NCBI GenBank assembly: GCA_043228905.1 | Contig: JBHGNT010000021.1 | Coordinates: 12,896,001-12,960,000 of the forward strand | Direction of reading: 5' to 3' | Source of the DNA: Azolla caroliniana | Taxonomy: Eukaryota; Plantae; Polypodiophyta | DNA length: 64,000 nt | In this document: positions 1 to 11,438 of the stretch, piece by piece | Layout: every line of letters starts with the position of its first letter | Numbering within the stretch: position 1 is the first letter of the stretch | Notes under the pieces: model-generated | The model's input: the letters and a program-made list of their open reading frames with translations, nothing else | What the model was told of the DNA's origin: nothing | Database searches by the model: none | Translations under genes and position numbers: made by a program

Positions 1-216
1 TTGGGGATTGGATCCTTGTTGTTGCAACGCTGCTTCGAGTTGTTGTACCCGTAACGCTAACTCCCCATGTTGTTGCGTTTGTTGTTTTTCTAGAGCGATT
101 TGTTGCAGATCCCCTATCAGTCGTTGGTTTTCTTGTTCCAGGGCAACAAACTTTTCTTTTAGGCACTGTAGCTCGGAGAAAACGGATTGGTATTCTTGGG
201 CGCTAACAGTAGCCAT
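1..216 (-). CDS. N-terminus of Ty3/gypsy (chromovirus-like) Gag, runs off the window
   Basis: ATG at 216 opens MATVSAQEYQSVFSELQCLKEKFVALEQENQRL... (coiled coil), 68 nt after the LTR end. It resembles the degenerate gag at ~37030-37520 (FVSKQE..LYEL..NLALEHEN*RL). Confidence 0.65.
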   Translation of the reverse strand, partial: MATVSAQEYQSVFSELQCLKEKFVALEQENQRLIGDLQQIALEKQQTQQHGELALRVQQLEAALQQQGSNPQ

Positions 217-283
217 AGTATAGGGAAAAGGGTAGGAAGATGAGGGAGAGTGACAAGTAGGCTAGAGAAAAATTGGTTCAAAC

Positions 284-707
284 TGTCAGGAATAGTACTA
301 AAACAGAGATGGAATTAGTACTAAGAAGAGTAGTACTATTAGTACTAAGGGGACGGGACTGCGTAAGATTCCCGAGAGAGAGGAAGTGAGAAGAGGAGAG
401 AGAGAGAAATAGGATGATGACAACAACTCTTATATTATATGAAAGATAAGTACAATCGACTAAGAGGCTTAAGACTGGTGTTGAACCAATTTGGTTCAAA
501 ACAATGCCTTGTGCCTCCTTTTATAGTGTTTTTAGGAATAATCTTGAAACTTCTAGAATGTTCCAGAGAGATCTGGAATATACATCAATTTCCTATGATA
601 AAACATAAATGAAAATAATATCCTACAAAATACAATTCATTGTCATGATGGTAAGAGCTCGACCCATGTAGCATAAGGTCATGGGTTCGAGTCTTGCCAT
701 CATGACA
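284..707 (-). mobile_element. 5' LTR (424 bp) of a chromovirus-like Ty3/gypsy element inserted into another gypsy pol
   Basis: Minus strand begins TGTCA and ends TGACA. TATAAAA lies at 525-519. A non-tRNA PBS and gag follow, and it abuts interrupted RT sequence at 708. Confidence 0.75.
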
Positions 708-1759
708 GCGAGAGGGTGCTGCAGAGGCTAGGGGACGCAAGGCTCACCTTCTCCGGGGAGAAATCGGCTTTCGGGCAATCAGAGATCATGGTCGTCGGAC
801 ATCTATGCGGACCGTATGGCCGGAAACCGTCTCCGGCTAAGGTGGAAGCCATCTCCGCAATGAAGCCCAACTGTAACTCGGTCACGGAGGTACGGAGGTT
901 CTTGGGAGCATGCACGTTCTACCACATATGGATCCCGCATTACGCCCACGTTGCCGAGCTGCTATACGGGTTGCTGAAAAAGGGGCGAAAATTCGAGTGG
1001 CGAGTCGAGCATACGGAGTCGGTCCGAAAGATGAAGGAGGCTCTTGCTGCAGCTCCGGCGCTCCGGAAGGCTGTCTACGAGAAAGGCACCCCCATCTACA
1101 TAACGGTAGATACAAGTCTGACCGGGATCGGATGGGTCGTCAATCAAGAAGATGAGGACGGTATTCAGTTCCCAATCCGGTTCGGCGCGAAGGTCCTTAG
1201 CGAGCGACAGCGAGGATACGCCCAGGTTAAACGCGAACTCTGGGGTATCGTTTTGGCGGTAAAGGCCGCTAAAGACTATCTGATCGGGACAGAGGTGATT
1301 ATCGAGACGGTGTCGTGAAAAATTTCGGCTAGAGGCGGAAACCGGGAAACATTGGCTACATCGGTGGGGTGCAACGTGTGTACGCACCCATGTACATTTA
1401 GTGTGAATATCGAGGGCGCCTTTATGGCGCCGAAGAGTAGTCAAGTTGGGGTAGACGATCCCATGTAAGGCGGGATCTGTCCCACATTGTAATGCATCCC
1501 TTTCCTTGTTCTATAAAAGGAAGGGAACGCCCTTTGTGAAAGTGTTGCCCATTTTGCAGTAGAGGGTATATACCGTTAGGTTTAGAGTTAGCTTCTTCTT
1601 CTTCTTCTCCTTCGTGTTCGCTTAGGGTTTGCTGCAGCTTATCTCCTGTGGAAGACCCCGTTCGGCGTGACGAGCCCGAGAGCTCCCCGACGGCGGCTTG
1701 ACAGCAGACGACTGTTGTAAGCTATCTTGGTCCGGCTCGAAGCCGGGAATGTATTCTTC

Positions 1760-1793
<34 letters not shown>

Positions 1794-1882
1794 GTTTGTT
1801 TGTGTATATTCGCGTCGTTGTTGGCGTCGGGTGCTTACCCTCTCCTGCGTTTTCTGTACATAAGGCGTGGGTCGGGTTGGGC

Positions 1883-1914
<32 letters not shown>

Positions 1915-3794
1915 TGTGCGTGAGTCGGTGTTAAGCTCTCTCTCTCTCTCGCTCTCCCTTCGGATGCTTCCGATGTGTTTCTGGGATGCCCCAGAAACAG
2001 TGAAGCACGACTTCCTACGCTCCATCGCTCTCTAGTCCAAGACCCCCGTGGTCCCGCCTTTCTCCACGCACGCGCGTAACAACGCGGCAACGGACTGCCT
2101 GCCAATTCTCAGCATGGTTTCCGGATGCGAAACCCCGGACCTGGCAATGCTCAGGTGGATAGCGTACATCAAGTCCCTGGATCCGGAAATACGACACATT
2201 TCTGGGAAAGACAATGCCATGGCCGACATGCTTTCAAGGGCGCGATTCGACGACGAGGGCGGCATGGTTTCGGAGGACGAGGAAGTCGGCGTGGACTTCT
2301 TCGAGGCGGCTTACGTAACAACCGATGGGGGGAGCACTCCGGCGCTTAATGATTTTAACGAGAGCAAGTACGATGGGGAGTGGCTGCTGATTGGAGGATT
2401 CTTAAGGACGATGATGCCGGGCGCGTCATGGACAAGGGACGAGGCCAACCGGATCCGGAAGAAAGCGTACCGATTCTTTCTCCGGGACGGCTACTTGTGG
2501 AAGCACCCGAAGAAGAGAAACGACATCCCGCTCCGAGTAGTGGCGATGAAGGAGGAACAGGAGGAGTTGCTGAAGGCCTACCACGACAGCCCCTGGGCTG
2601 GACACCGTGGGACATGGGCCACGTTCGAGAAACTAAAGGGGAAGTATTGGTGGCTGGGGTTGTACCGAGACGTGCATCGGTTCGTGACAACTTGTGAGAG
2701 CTTTCAGATGCATTCCATAGTCCAACATCGGGACGAGCTTCACCCTACTTACCCTCAGGCCATCCATTTCAAATAGATGGTAGATTTGGTGACGATGCCG
2801 ATGGGCGTAGGGCAGATGCGATATCTGATGTTGGCCCGGGAGGACCTGACGAACCAGGTAGACGGCCGAGCCCTGCAGAACAAAACGACCGCGACCGTGT
2901 GTCGGTTCCTGATCGAGGACGTGATATGCCGGTATGGGTGCGTCGGGAAGATCGTGGCTGACCGCGGGGAGTTGGACGCCGAAGAGGCCGAGGAGCTGTT
3001 CGACCGGTTAGGGGTCAAGCTCACACTCACCACAACGTACAATCCGGAGGCGAACGGGAAGGTGGAGCGTGGACACGGACCGATCGTCAAAGCGCTAGTC
3101 CGGGCGTGCGAAGGCCAGGTCGGGAACTGGCCACGACTGTTACCCTATGCCTTGTGGGCGGACTGGACAACGCATAGTTCGGTAACCGGGTTCATGCCGT
3201 CAGAGCTCATGTTCGGACAGAAGCCGATCATGCTGATGGAACGGACGATCTCCTCTTGGGCGACAGTAGACAAGAGAGACGAGATGGGTCGGGAAGAACT
3301 GCTAGCGGCGCGTATACGACAGCTCAAGCGGAGGCCAGAGGATGTGGAACGAGCGGCGGAGAGACTTCAAACGGCGAGGATGAAGAACAAAGCCCGGTCC
3401 GACCGAACGCACCGGCTCTGACCAAAGAAAATCGAGGAAGGCGACTGGGTGCTAGTCTACGACAGCAGCCTCGACAACCAGCACCGAGCAACACGGAAGT
3501 TTGCGAAGCGGTGGTTCGGGCCTTACGTGGTAACGAGCGCCAACGACAACGGGACGTATCACCTGGCGGAACTCGACGGTACGAAGATAGCGATACCGAT
3601 AGCAGGGAAGCGGATCAAAGCGTTCAAGAAGCACCATGACAGCGAACCGGATCTAAGAGGCCTGGAGAGCGACGACGAACAGTCCGAAGCGGAGCACGAA
3701 CCGATGGACAAAGAACCGGAACCCGGACCGGTTTTCTCCAACCAGAACCCAATTTTGGCGCATACCGGTGGATGCGCGGTTAGGTGGGGGCGGA
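708..3794 (+). pseudogene. Ty3/gypsy pol (RT C-terminus, RNase H, integrase) of element G1, with stops and a solo-LTR insertion
   Basis: Motifs EVRRFLGAC, TVDTS, KRELWG, NAMADMLSR, GHRG, VADRGE and NPEANGKVER, plus WFGPY (GPY/F). Stops at 2774 and 3419. PPT GGTTAGGTGGGGGCGGA just before the LTR. Confidence 0.9.
1311..2089 (+). mobile_element. Solo LTR of the same gypsy family, 4-bp TSD ACGG
   Basis: TGTCGTG...AACGCGGCA, with ACGG at 1307-1310 and 2090-2093. The paralogous empty site GAGACGGACTGCC is at ~7471. Confidence 0.9.
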
Positions 3795-4445
3795 TGTCGT
3801 GAAGAAAACTGTCCCTTAGCGCAATCGGTGCATAGCGCGCGTGAACCGGCCCTTCACACGTGTGCGCCCCTTAATGTATATAAAAGAGAATTAGGTACAA
3901 AGGCATATCCGAGGTAATTAGATTCGGTAGGTAGGAAGTTAATGAGAAAAGCGGCTCCCTTCTTGAAGCTATAAAAGAGAGGGAGACACGGGGAGGAAGG
4001 GATCGCGCATTGAGGAGGACGAAGTGCTGTCGGACCGTATCTGAACGCTTCTCCTCTGTTTATTCTCTATTGATCTTCTCTACAGGTTTTCAGGAGGCTC
4101 GCGCTGCTTCGAGGAACGCCTGTGTGCTTCCGGCAACACCTCCATCCTACCCCCTTTCGTGTGCAGACGAACAAGCATCGACATCTGTTCGCCGGCCTGT
4201 TCGGTTGTAACCACTCGCGTGCTCTGTTGTTTTTGGTGTCATCTGTTAATATACAAACATTCGTTTCTCTCTGTCTCTGTGTCCATTCGTGTTTTCTGCG
4301 CTGACGGGCCGTGCCCCTATGTTTCTTTGCTCATACGTAACCGGTCGTCTCTCTCTTTCTCTTTCCCCTCCTATCACCTGCTCTTCGGTTCGAGACCCTG
4401 GTGGTCCCGCCTCGTTTCTCCACGCACACGCGTAGCAACGCGACA
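3795..4445 (+). mobile_element. 3' LTR of gypsy G1
   Basis: TGTCGTG...CGCGACA after the PPT. The terminal ~45 nt are shared with the LTRs at 1311, 9147 and 28653. Confidence 0.9.
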
Positions 4446-7400
4446 ATGCGCGAAGGTGCACGCGCCCTCGATAGGGCTATTGAAGCGGTCGTCGGCACGA
4501 TAGGCCGGTTCGGTGGGAAGGACGCCACGAGCTATTTGGAGGGCTACCGGGCCGAGATGGTAATGAGAGACATTCCGGAAGAAAGGTGACTAACCGAATT
4601 GCCTCGGGTGGCAATGCAGGGCATCCATGCGGAGGTGCTCGAGGTACGGGCTGAGAGCCGGACCTGGGAAGAGTTTGAAGGTCGGCTCCTCGAAAAATAT
4701 GGGCTTGATGACGTGCTTCGGCTCTCGAAACGGGACTTCATGGAATGGGTAGAGACCCCCGAAAAGGGGAGAAACGTGTCGGTGCTCCTTCGAGAGTTTG
4801 AAGAACGCTTCGCGCGTCTTTCGGCGTTGGACCGGACCGTATTAGATACAAGTCGCGTCCTGCTGGTGGATGCGAGGGACCAGGAGCAAGTGGGTCTCCT
4901 GCTGAAGACTGATGACAGGCTGACGACCGACTAGGCAGTGGTGAAGAGAGTCTGCGGCCGTTTCGACAAACGGCGAGATTGGGTCAATAAAGGATCAACC
5001 GGGGCGGGCTCTGTAGCAACAAGGAAACTTGAGCCAACCCCGCCAACGCGAAGGGAAGAGACCCGAGACTGGCTCGAGACAGGATCGACTTCGACCAGCA
5101 TGGTCAAAGGCTCGTCCGAAGGAGCAGCAGTAGAAGAGCTGACTAGGATGGTAAAGGACCTCCAGATTGTACAGGCACGAAGGGACGGCGGCGAACAGGC
5201 TCGTGATCGAAGGCCTCTGGCTGGAAATCGGTGTTTGTGGTGCGACGCAGACGGCCACGTTCGGAAGGACTGTGGGGACTTCGCCGAGGCAATGAGACCC
5301 AACGTGGTGTACCTATGGAACGGTCGGGCCCTGGACCTCAATATCGGACAAGGGGGTATGAAACGGTTGATGGAAGAAGCGGCGGCTCGCCACGCGGAGA
5401 CCGTCCACTACTCTGCGTCGGCTGGGATCCGGGTCGTAGGTGGTGAGGCCCGGAAGACGAACAAAGCCGGATTCTGGCTGTTGATGCTGGAAGGCCTCGC
5501 CGACGCACGACTAAGGAAAGAAGAAGCGGACCGCGCAGAGAAATGGGTTCGGGAGGTAACTAGGTGGAGTGACCCGGTCGAAGAGAAGACCGGCTTCGTT
5601 GAAGCCACATGCCAGAACTACGAGGCTTTGGTGGAAGACAAGCGAGTAAGTAAAACTGGAGGGGCCGGGCCCTCGCAACGATACGAGACTCGATTCGGTC
5701 AAAGGCAGAATGAGGCTGGTGCGACCGGCGCACCGGATAAAGCCAAGAAGGCCGGGTACCCGTTGAGCACGGAAATCGAAAGGACCACAGACCTACGAAA
5801 GGTCCTGAAGGAACGTATCCTCGACAGCAAAGTGGATTTGTCACTGAGGGAAGTGCTCGGGATCGCCAAGGAGTTCCATGACTCCATCATGGACTTGGTG
5901 AAGAGGAAGAGGCTGTCAACAGAGCCAGAGCCGGAGAAGCCATTGGAAGTGTGAACGACGCACATAGAGGACACGACGCTAGAAGACGAGTTGGCGGAGA
6001 GCCACTATTCGAGGCCGCACTGGGCCAGAGCGACCACAGAGACCCCTGTTAAGATTGGGGATGTCCTGGAGCCGGTGGTGGTGTTGGTGGACCACGATTC
6101 AGAAATCAACTTGATGTCCATGGACTTCTACAAAAGGGGAAAATGGACGATCAACACCAAACACGGCTGGAAAATACGGGCAATAACGCGCGCCACGGAA
6201 GAACTACATGGAGCTTGCCCGAACGTACGGGTGAAAATCGGTGATGTCGAGATCGACCAACACTTCTTCGTGCAGGAGAGGTCCTCACATCCGGTTATAC
6301 TAGGAGAACCATACATCACGGCGGCACGGATGGAGACGAAGGTGTTGGACAACGGTTCGGCGTACGCGCGTCAAGAGCCAAGATGGACGACATTCCGTCC
6401 AATTCTTGACCATACATCCAAACCATGAGAGGAATCGCGAGACCCTCGGCGGCGATAGCCGGAGGGATTTTTAGAGAGGGCTATCAAGGCGTGGGGCCGC
6501 GGTAGTCTGGACGTACCGGAAGAACCCCACACATGTACAGTAGGTAGGAATTTTTGGTTCTCCGAAAACGGAGGTTGTACTATAGCTGGCGTCAGCGGCC
6601 GGGAGAGGAAACAAGCGGAGGAGCGGCTCAGGGGATGCAGAGTCCTCTCCCCCGACGAAGAAATCAGCGGCGCCGTGAAGGCGGTCTGTTTTGACGACAC
6701 CTTAGGCGAGTTGCGAAAGGTGATCGGTGAAGACCTTAGAGAAGACCGAACTGTTCCGGTTGGTTCGATGGGAATGTACGAGGTCATCGCGGACTTCGGG
6801 GAAAGGATCGGGTCGGATCAGACGGCTCGCGTGGATACAAAGTACAAGACTGTGAACCAGAAGGTGAGGCTAGTTGCGGCTGCCTTGTCGGAGGGCAGCG
6901 AGGAGCGGATAAAAGGGGTCGTGTCAAAGCCAAGCTTATGTAATCCGGTTGGCATAGAGCACAGGTTCACCGACATAACGCTACGGGAGCTCAAGGTCGG
7001 TGGGGGTGGCTTTCTACTGCCGGCGGAGGAGGACAGGTTTCGGAGAATGCTCAGAAGGTCCGCAGATTCTTGGGGTTTGCGCGTTCTACCACATCTGGAT
7101 TCCGCACTACGCGCATGTTGTGGAGCCGCTCTACAGGCTATTGAAGAAAGGGCGTAGGTTCGAGTGGAGGACGGAGCACACAGAGTTGGTCCGGAGACTA
7201 AAGGAGGCACTTACGGTAGCACAAACTCTCCGTAAAGCGGCTTCCGACAAGGGAGTCCCCATCTACATGACGGTGGACACGAGCCCGACAGGGATCGGGT
7301 GGGTGATCAACCAAGAGGACGACGTTGGCACGAGGTTCCCCATCCGGTTCGGCGCGAAGGTCCTTAGTGATCGACAGCGAGGATACACCCAGGTTAAACG

Positions 7401-9146
7401 CGAACTCTAGGGTATCGATTCGGCGGTGAAGGCCGATAAAGACTACCTGATCGGGACAGAGGTAATAATCGAGACGGACTGCCTGCCGATTCTCCGCATG
7501 GTTTCCGGATGTGCGACGCCGGACCTGGAAATGCTCAGGTGGATAGCGTATATCAAGTCCCTAAACCCGGAGATACGACACATTTCCGGAAAAGACAATG
7601 CCATGGCCGACATGCTCTCAAGGGCGAGGTTCCAAAACGAGGACGGCATGGTTTCGAAGGACGAGGAAGTCGGCGTAGATTTCTTCGAGGCGGCATACAT
7701 GACGACCAGAAAGGGGAGCACTCCGGCACTTAACGAATTCAACGAGAGCAAGTATGATGGGGAGTGGCTCCAGATCAGCGGGCTCCTGAAAACAATGACA
7801 CCGGATGCGGCGTGGACAAAGGAAGAGACCAACCGGATACGGAAGAAAGCGTATCGATTCTTCCTTCGGGACGGGTACATATGGAAGCACCCGAAGAAGA
7901 GGGATGACATCCCGCTCCGAGTGGTGGCGAAGGAGGAACAGGAGAAGTTGGTGGAGCCCTACCACGAGAGTCCTTGGGCCGGACACCGCGGCACGTGGGC
8001 CACGTTCGAGAAGCTAAAGGGGAAGTATTGGTGGTCGGGACTATATCGGGACGTGCATCGGTTCGTGACGACTTGCGAAAGCTGTCAGATGCACTTCATA
8101 ATCCGACACCGGGACGAGCTTCACCCGACCTACCCTTCGACCATCCACTTCAAATGGATGGTGGACTTGGTGAATGATGTTGATGGGAGTACGACAGATG
8201 CGGTACCTGGTGCTTGCGCGGGAAGACTTAACGAACCAGGTGGAAGGCCGTGCACTGCATAACAAGACAACCGCAGCGGTATGCCGGTTCTTGATCGAAG
8301 AGGTAGTGTGTCGGTATGGGTGAGCTGGATGCACGGGAAGCTGAGGAGCTGTTCGACCGGCTAGGGGTCAAACTCTCCCTCACTACGGCGTACAATCCGG
8401 AGGCGAACGAGAAGGTAGAACGTGGACACGGGCCGATCGTAAAGGCGTTGGTGCGTACATGCGGAGGGCAGGTCGGGAATTGGTAGCGCCTCCTTCCTTA
8501 CGCACTATGGGTGGACCGAACTACGCACAGTTCGGTGACAGGGTTTATGCCGACAAAGCTGATGTACGAACAAAAGCCGATCATGCCGATGGAACGGACG
8601 GTTTCTTCATGGGCGGTGGTAGATTGGAAGGACGAGATGAGCCGGGAGGAGTTGTTGGCGGTGCAGATTTGGCAACTTGAGTGGAGGCCGGAGGACGTGA
8701 AACGGGCGAAGGAAAAGCTGCGGGCGGCAAGGGAGTGGAACAAGACCCGGTTCGACCGGACGCACTGGTTGCGACCAAAGAAGATCGAGGAAGGCGACTG
8801 GGTCCTAGTGTATGACAACAGCCTCGACAACCAGCACAGGGCAACGCGGAACTTTGAAAGGAGGTGGTTTGGGCCTTACGTTGTGACAGGCGCCAACGAC
8901 AACGGGACCTACCATCTTGTGGAGCTCGACTGTACGAGGATGGCAATAACAGTAGCGGGGAAGAGGGTCAAAGCGTTTAAGAAATGACACGAGTGCGAGC
9001 CGGATCTAGAAAGCATGGACGGCGACGATAGGCGGTCGGAAGCGGATGACGAACCGGAAGACGAGGAGTAAAGCATGGACCGGTTTTCTCCAGCAAGAGC
9101 CCAATTTTGGCGCATACCGGTGGATGCGCGGTTAGGTGGGGGCGGA
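4446..9146 (+). pseudogene. Gypsy G2 internal region: gag, protease, RT core deleted, RNase H, integrase
   Basis: Gag with CLWCDADGHVRKDC knuckle; protease VLVDHDSEINL. At ~7052 the sequence jumps from pre-RT straight to (E)VRRFL. RH and INT are paralogous to G1, with many stops and frameshifts. Confidence 0.88.
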
Positions 9147-9827
9147 TGTCGTGAAGAAAACCGTCCCTAGGCGGAAACCGAGTTTAGCATGTGTAAACCG
9201 GCCCTTACACACGAGCACACTTTTCGTTGTATAGTAAGTAGGTAGGTACAAGTCGGCTGAGGTGAAATCCTAGGTAGCACGCATTCAATAGGGAGAGAAT
9301 CGAGTTGTATCTCTGTCCAAAAGGACAGAGAATTAATATGATGTAACAGCCTCCCTCCTTGGGCTATAAAAGAGAGGGAGAAGGATGAAAAAGGTATCGC
9401 GCGTTAGAGAGGACGAAGTGTTGCCGGACTGGGACCAAGCCCTTCTCCTCTGCCACTCTCCATAGCCATTTTGCGCAGGTTTTCGGGAGGCTGACTCTAC
9501 TCCGTGGAACACCCGTGTGCTTCCGGCAGAGTCTCCATCTCGCTCTTCTGTGTGTGAGTGAACATGCGTTGGTGTTTGCCTTGCCGGTCTATTAGTTGTA
9601 ACTGTCTTGATATATATATATATTTATATATATACGTGTTCATATACTTGGACTTCTAGTCGTCTCGTTTTGCTGTGTTGTTGGACTGTGATTCCTGTGT
9701 GCTCACGTGTCTGCGCGTGTGCAAGTGCGTTCGTCGCCTTTCCGTTCTCCTCCTTCTTAGCTATTTCTCGGTCCAATACCCCAGTGGTCCCGCCTCGTTC
9801 TCCACGCACGCGCGTAACAACGCGACA
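9147..9827 (+). mobile_element. 3' LTR of gypsy G2
   Basis: TGTCGTG...CGCGACA preceded by the same PPT. Confidence 0.9.
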
Positions 9828-10020
9828 CCGTTCCAAAGGTAGACCACCCCCCTCAACACATCTTGGAAGTCTTCACACTCCTTCCGTAGGTGGTTAGGAC
9901 TATCACACCCCTTCAATTCCTTTTGAGGCCATATCATCACATTTGCTCACACAAGCAAATTGATCATAGGGACCAAACGAGAGGTTCGAACAAGGACCAA
10001 TCATTGAACAATAATTAAGA

Positions 10021-10302
10021 AGAATGAAATGAAGTTGGTTGTGCTTACATTATAGAGCTTTATCTCATCAACAAGTTGGCATGTCAAGGTTGACATATAA
10101 ATAAGGATTCTCCAAATTGTTTCTGTGGACTCATTCCAAATAATGCAATTTTCATTTAAGCTTAATTAATTTGAAGATCCAAGGAGAGTCCACAAAAGTA
10201 TTTTGGAGAGCCCTTATTTTTTAAACGGCAACCTTGACATGTCGGCTTGTTGATGCGATAAAGCTCTCTACAATTTAAGCACAACCAACTTCATTTCATT
10301 CT
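10021..10302. repeat. Foldback / MITE-like inverted repeat (~112-bp arms)
   Basis: AGAATGAAATGAAGTTGGTTGTGCTTA...GTGGACTC (10021-10132) is complementary to GAGTCCAC...TAAGCACAACCAACTTCATTTCATTCT (10186-10302). No clear TSD. Confidence 0.75.
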
Positions 10303-11438
10303 CCAAGAATAACACTTTCAAGAGAGTGATAAAACACTTCTAGCAAGGACTGTGTAGATACAATCCTGATAATATAAACAATTGAATCAAGAAAATAATA
10401 TAAACAGAGGATGGTTTACACAATCAGGATTGAAACTTAAAAAAAGTATTGGAAAGTAATTCATCAATTTGGAAAAGCTTAAACAACCAATCAAAGAAAA
10501 AATAAATTAAGATAAACAGTATAGATGTAGAAACAATTCTAACAAAAGCGCCTTTGATTCCAACTAAGAGCAAGTCACTAAGTAAAATAAAGAGAGACAT
10601 ATACAATTAGGATTGGACACAAAAACTTAGTATGTCAAAAGTGGTGCATCAATTTGGAAAAGGTAGGTATTGAGACACACAATAATTAAGAATCCCTCAT
10701 GGTAACTAAATTATCAAACCAATCAAATCAAATGAATATGTATAGATGTGTTAGATTATAAAATAAAGTATAATATTAGAAACTTACAAATAAAACATAT
10801 TATGATAAATAAAGTAATAAATAATCATTCCTAAAATACCCTCTTTTGTAAAAACGTTTTGTAACTGCCCTCTCTTTTATATATACACATTGTAACCACT
10901 ATTCATGTGGTGTGAGAAATACAACTATTGATTTCTTGATCTCTCTCTCTCCCTGTTATCTTCTTCCTATCTCTTGTGTTATTGCTTGATTTCTTACATG
11001 GTATCAGAGCAAAATTAGAGACATCAATCAAAAGACAAAAAAATTTGTTCTTGGTATTGATCCGAACGATCTAAGCAAGATGGAGTTCGAAGAAGAATCA
11101 GAAAACCTGACCACATCCACATTAAGTATGGTAAGAAAATATGTAGTTGAAAAACTTACTCACAATTACAGGATGTGGAAGACACGAATGGAGTTGATAA
11201 TGGAGCGTAATAATCTAAAAGATATAATAGATGGTTCCATGAAAATGCCTGAACAAGAATATGGGAAAAGCATATGGAAAAGCAAATACCTCGATGCTAG
11301 AATGGAGATAATAATGCACTTAAGTGACGAGCAAGTCGATTATGTTTGAAACTTACACACAACAAATGAAATGTGGGAGTATTTGCAAAAGATTCATCAA
11401 CCATCTGATGGGACAACTAAATTTTTTTAATTCAGATA

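Noticed and set aside
3795-4445. Shared LTR of a tandem G1-G2 array
   Set aside because: No PBS or leader after the LTR and gag resumes immediately, which favours nested insertion.
10400-10745. ~180-bp degenerate repeat continuing at 23540-23810
   Set aside because: An old tandem repeat split by copia A; no functional signal seen.
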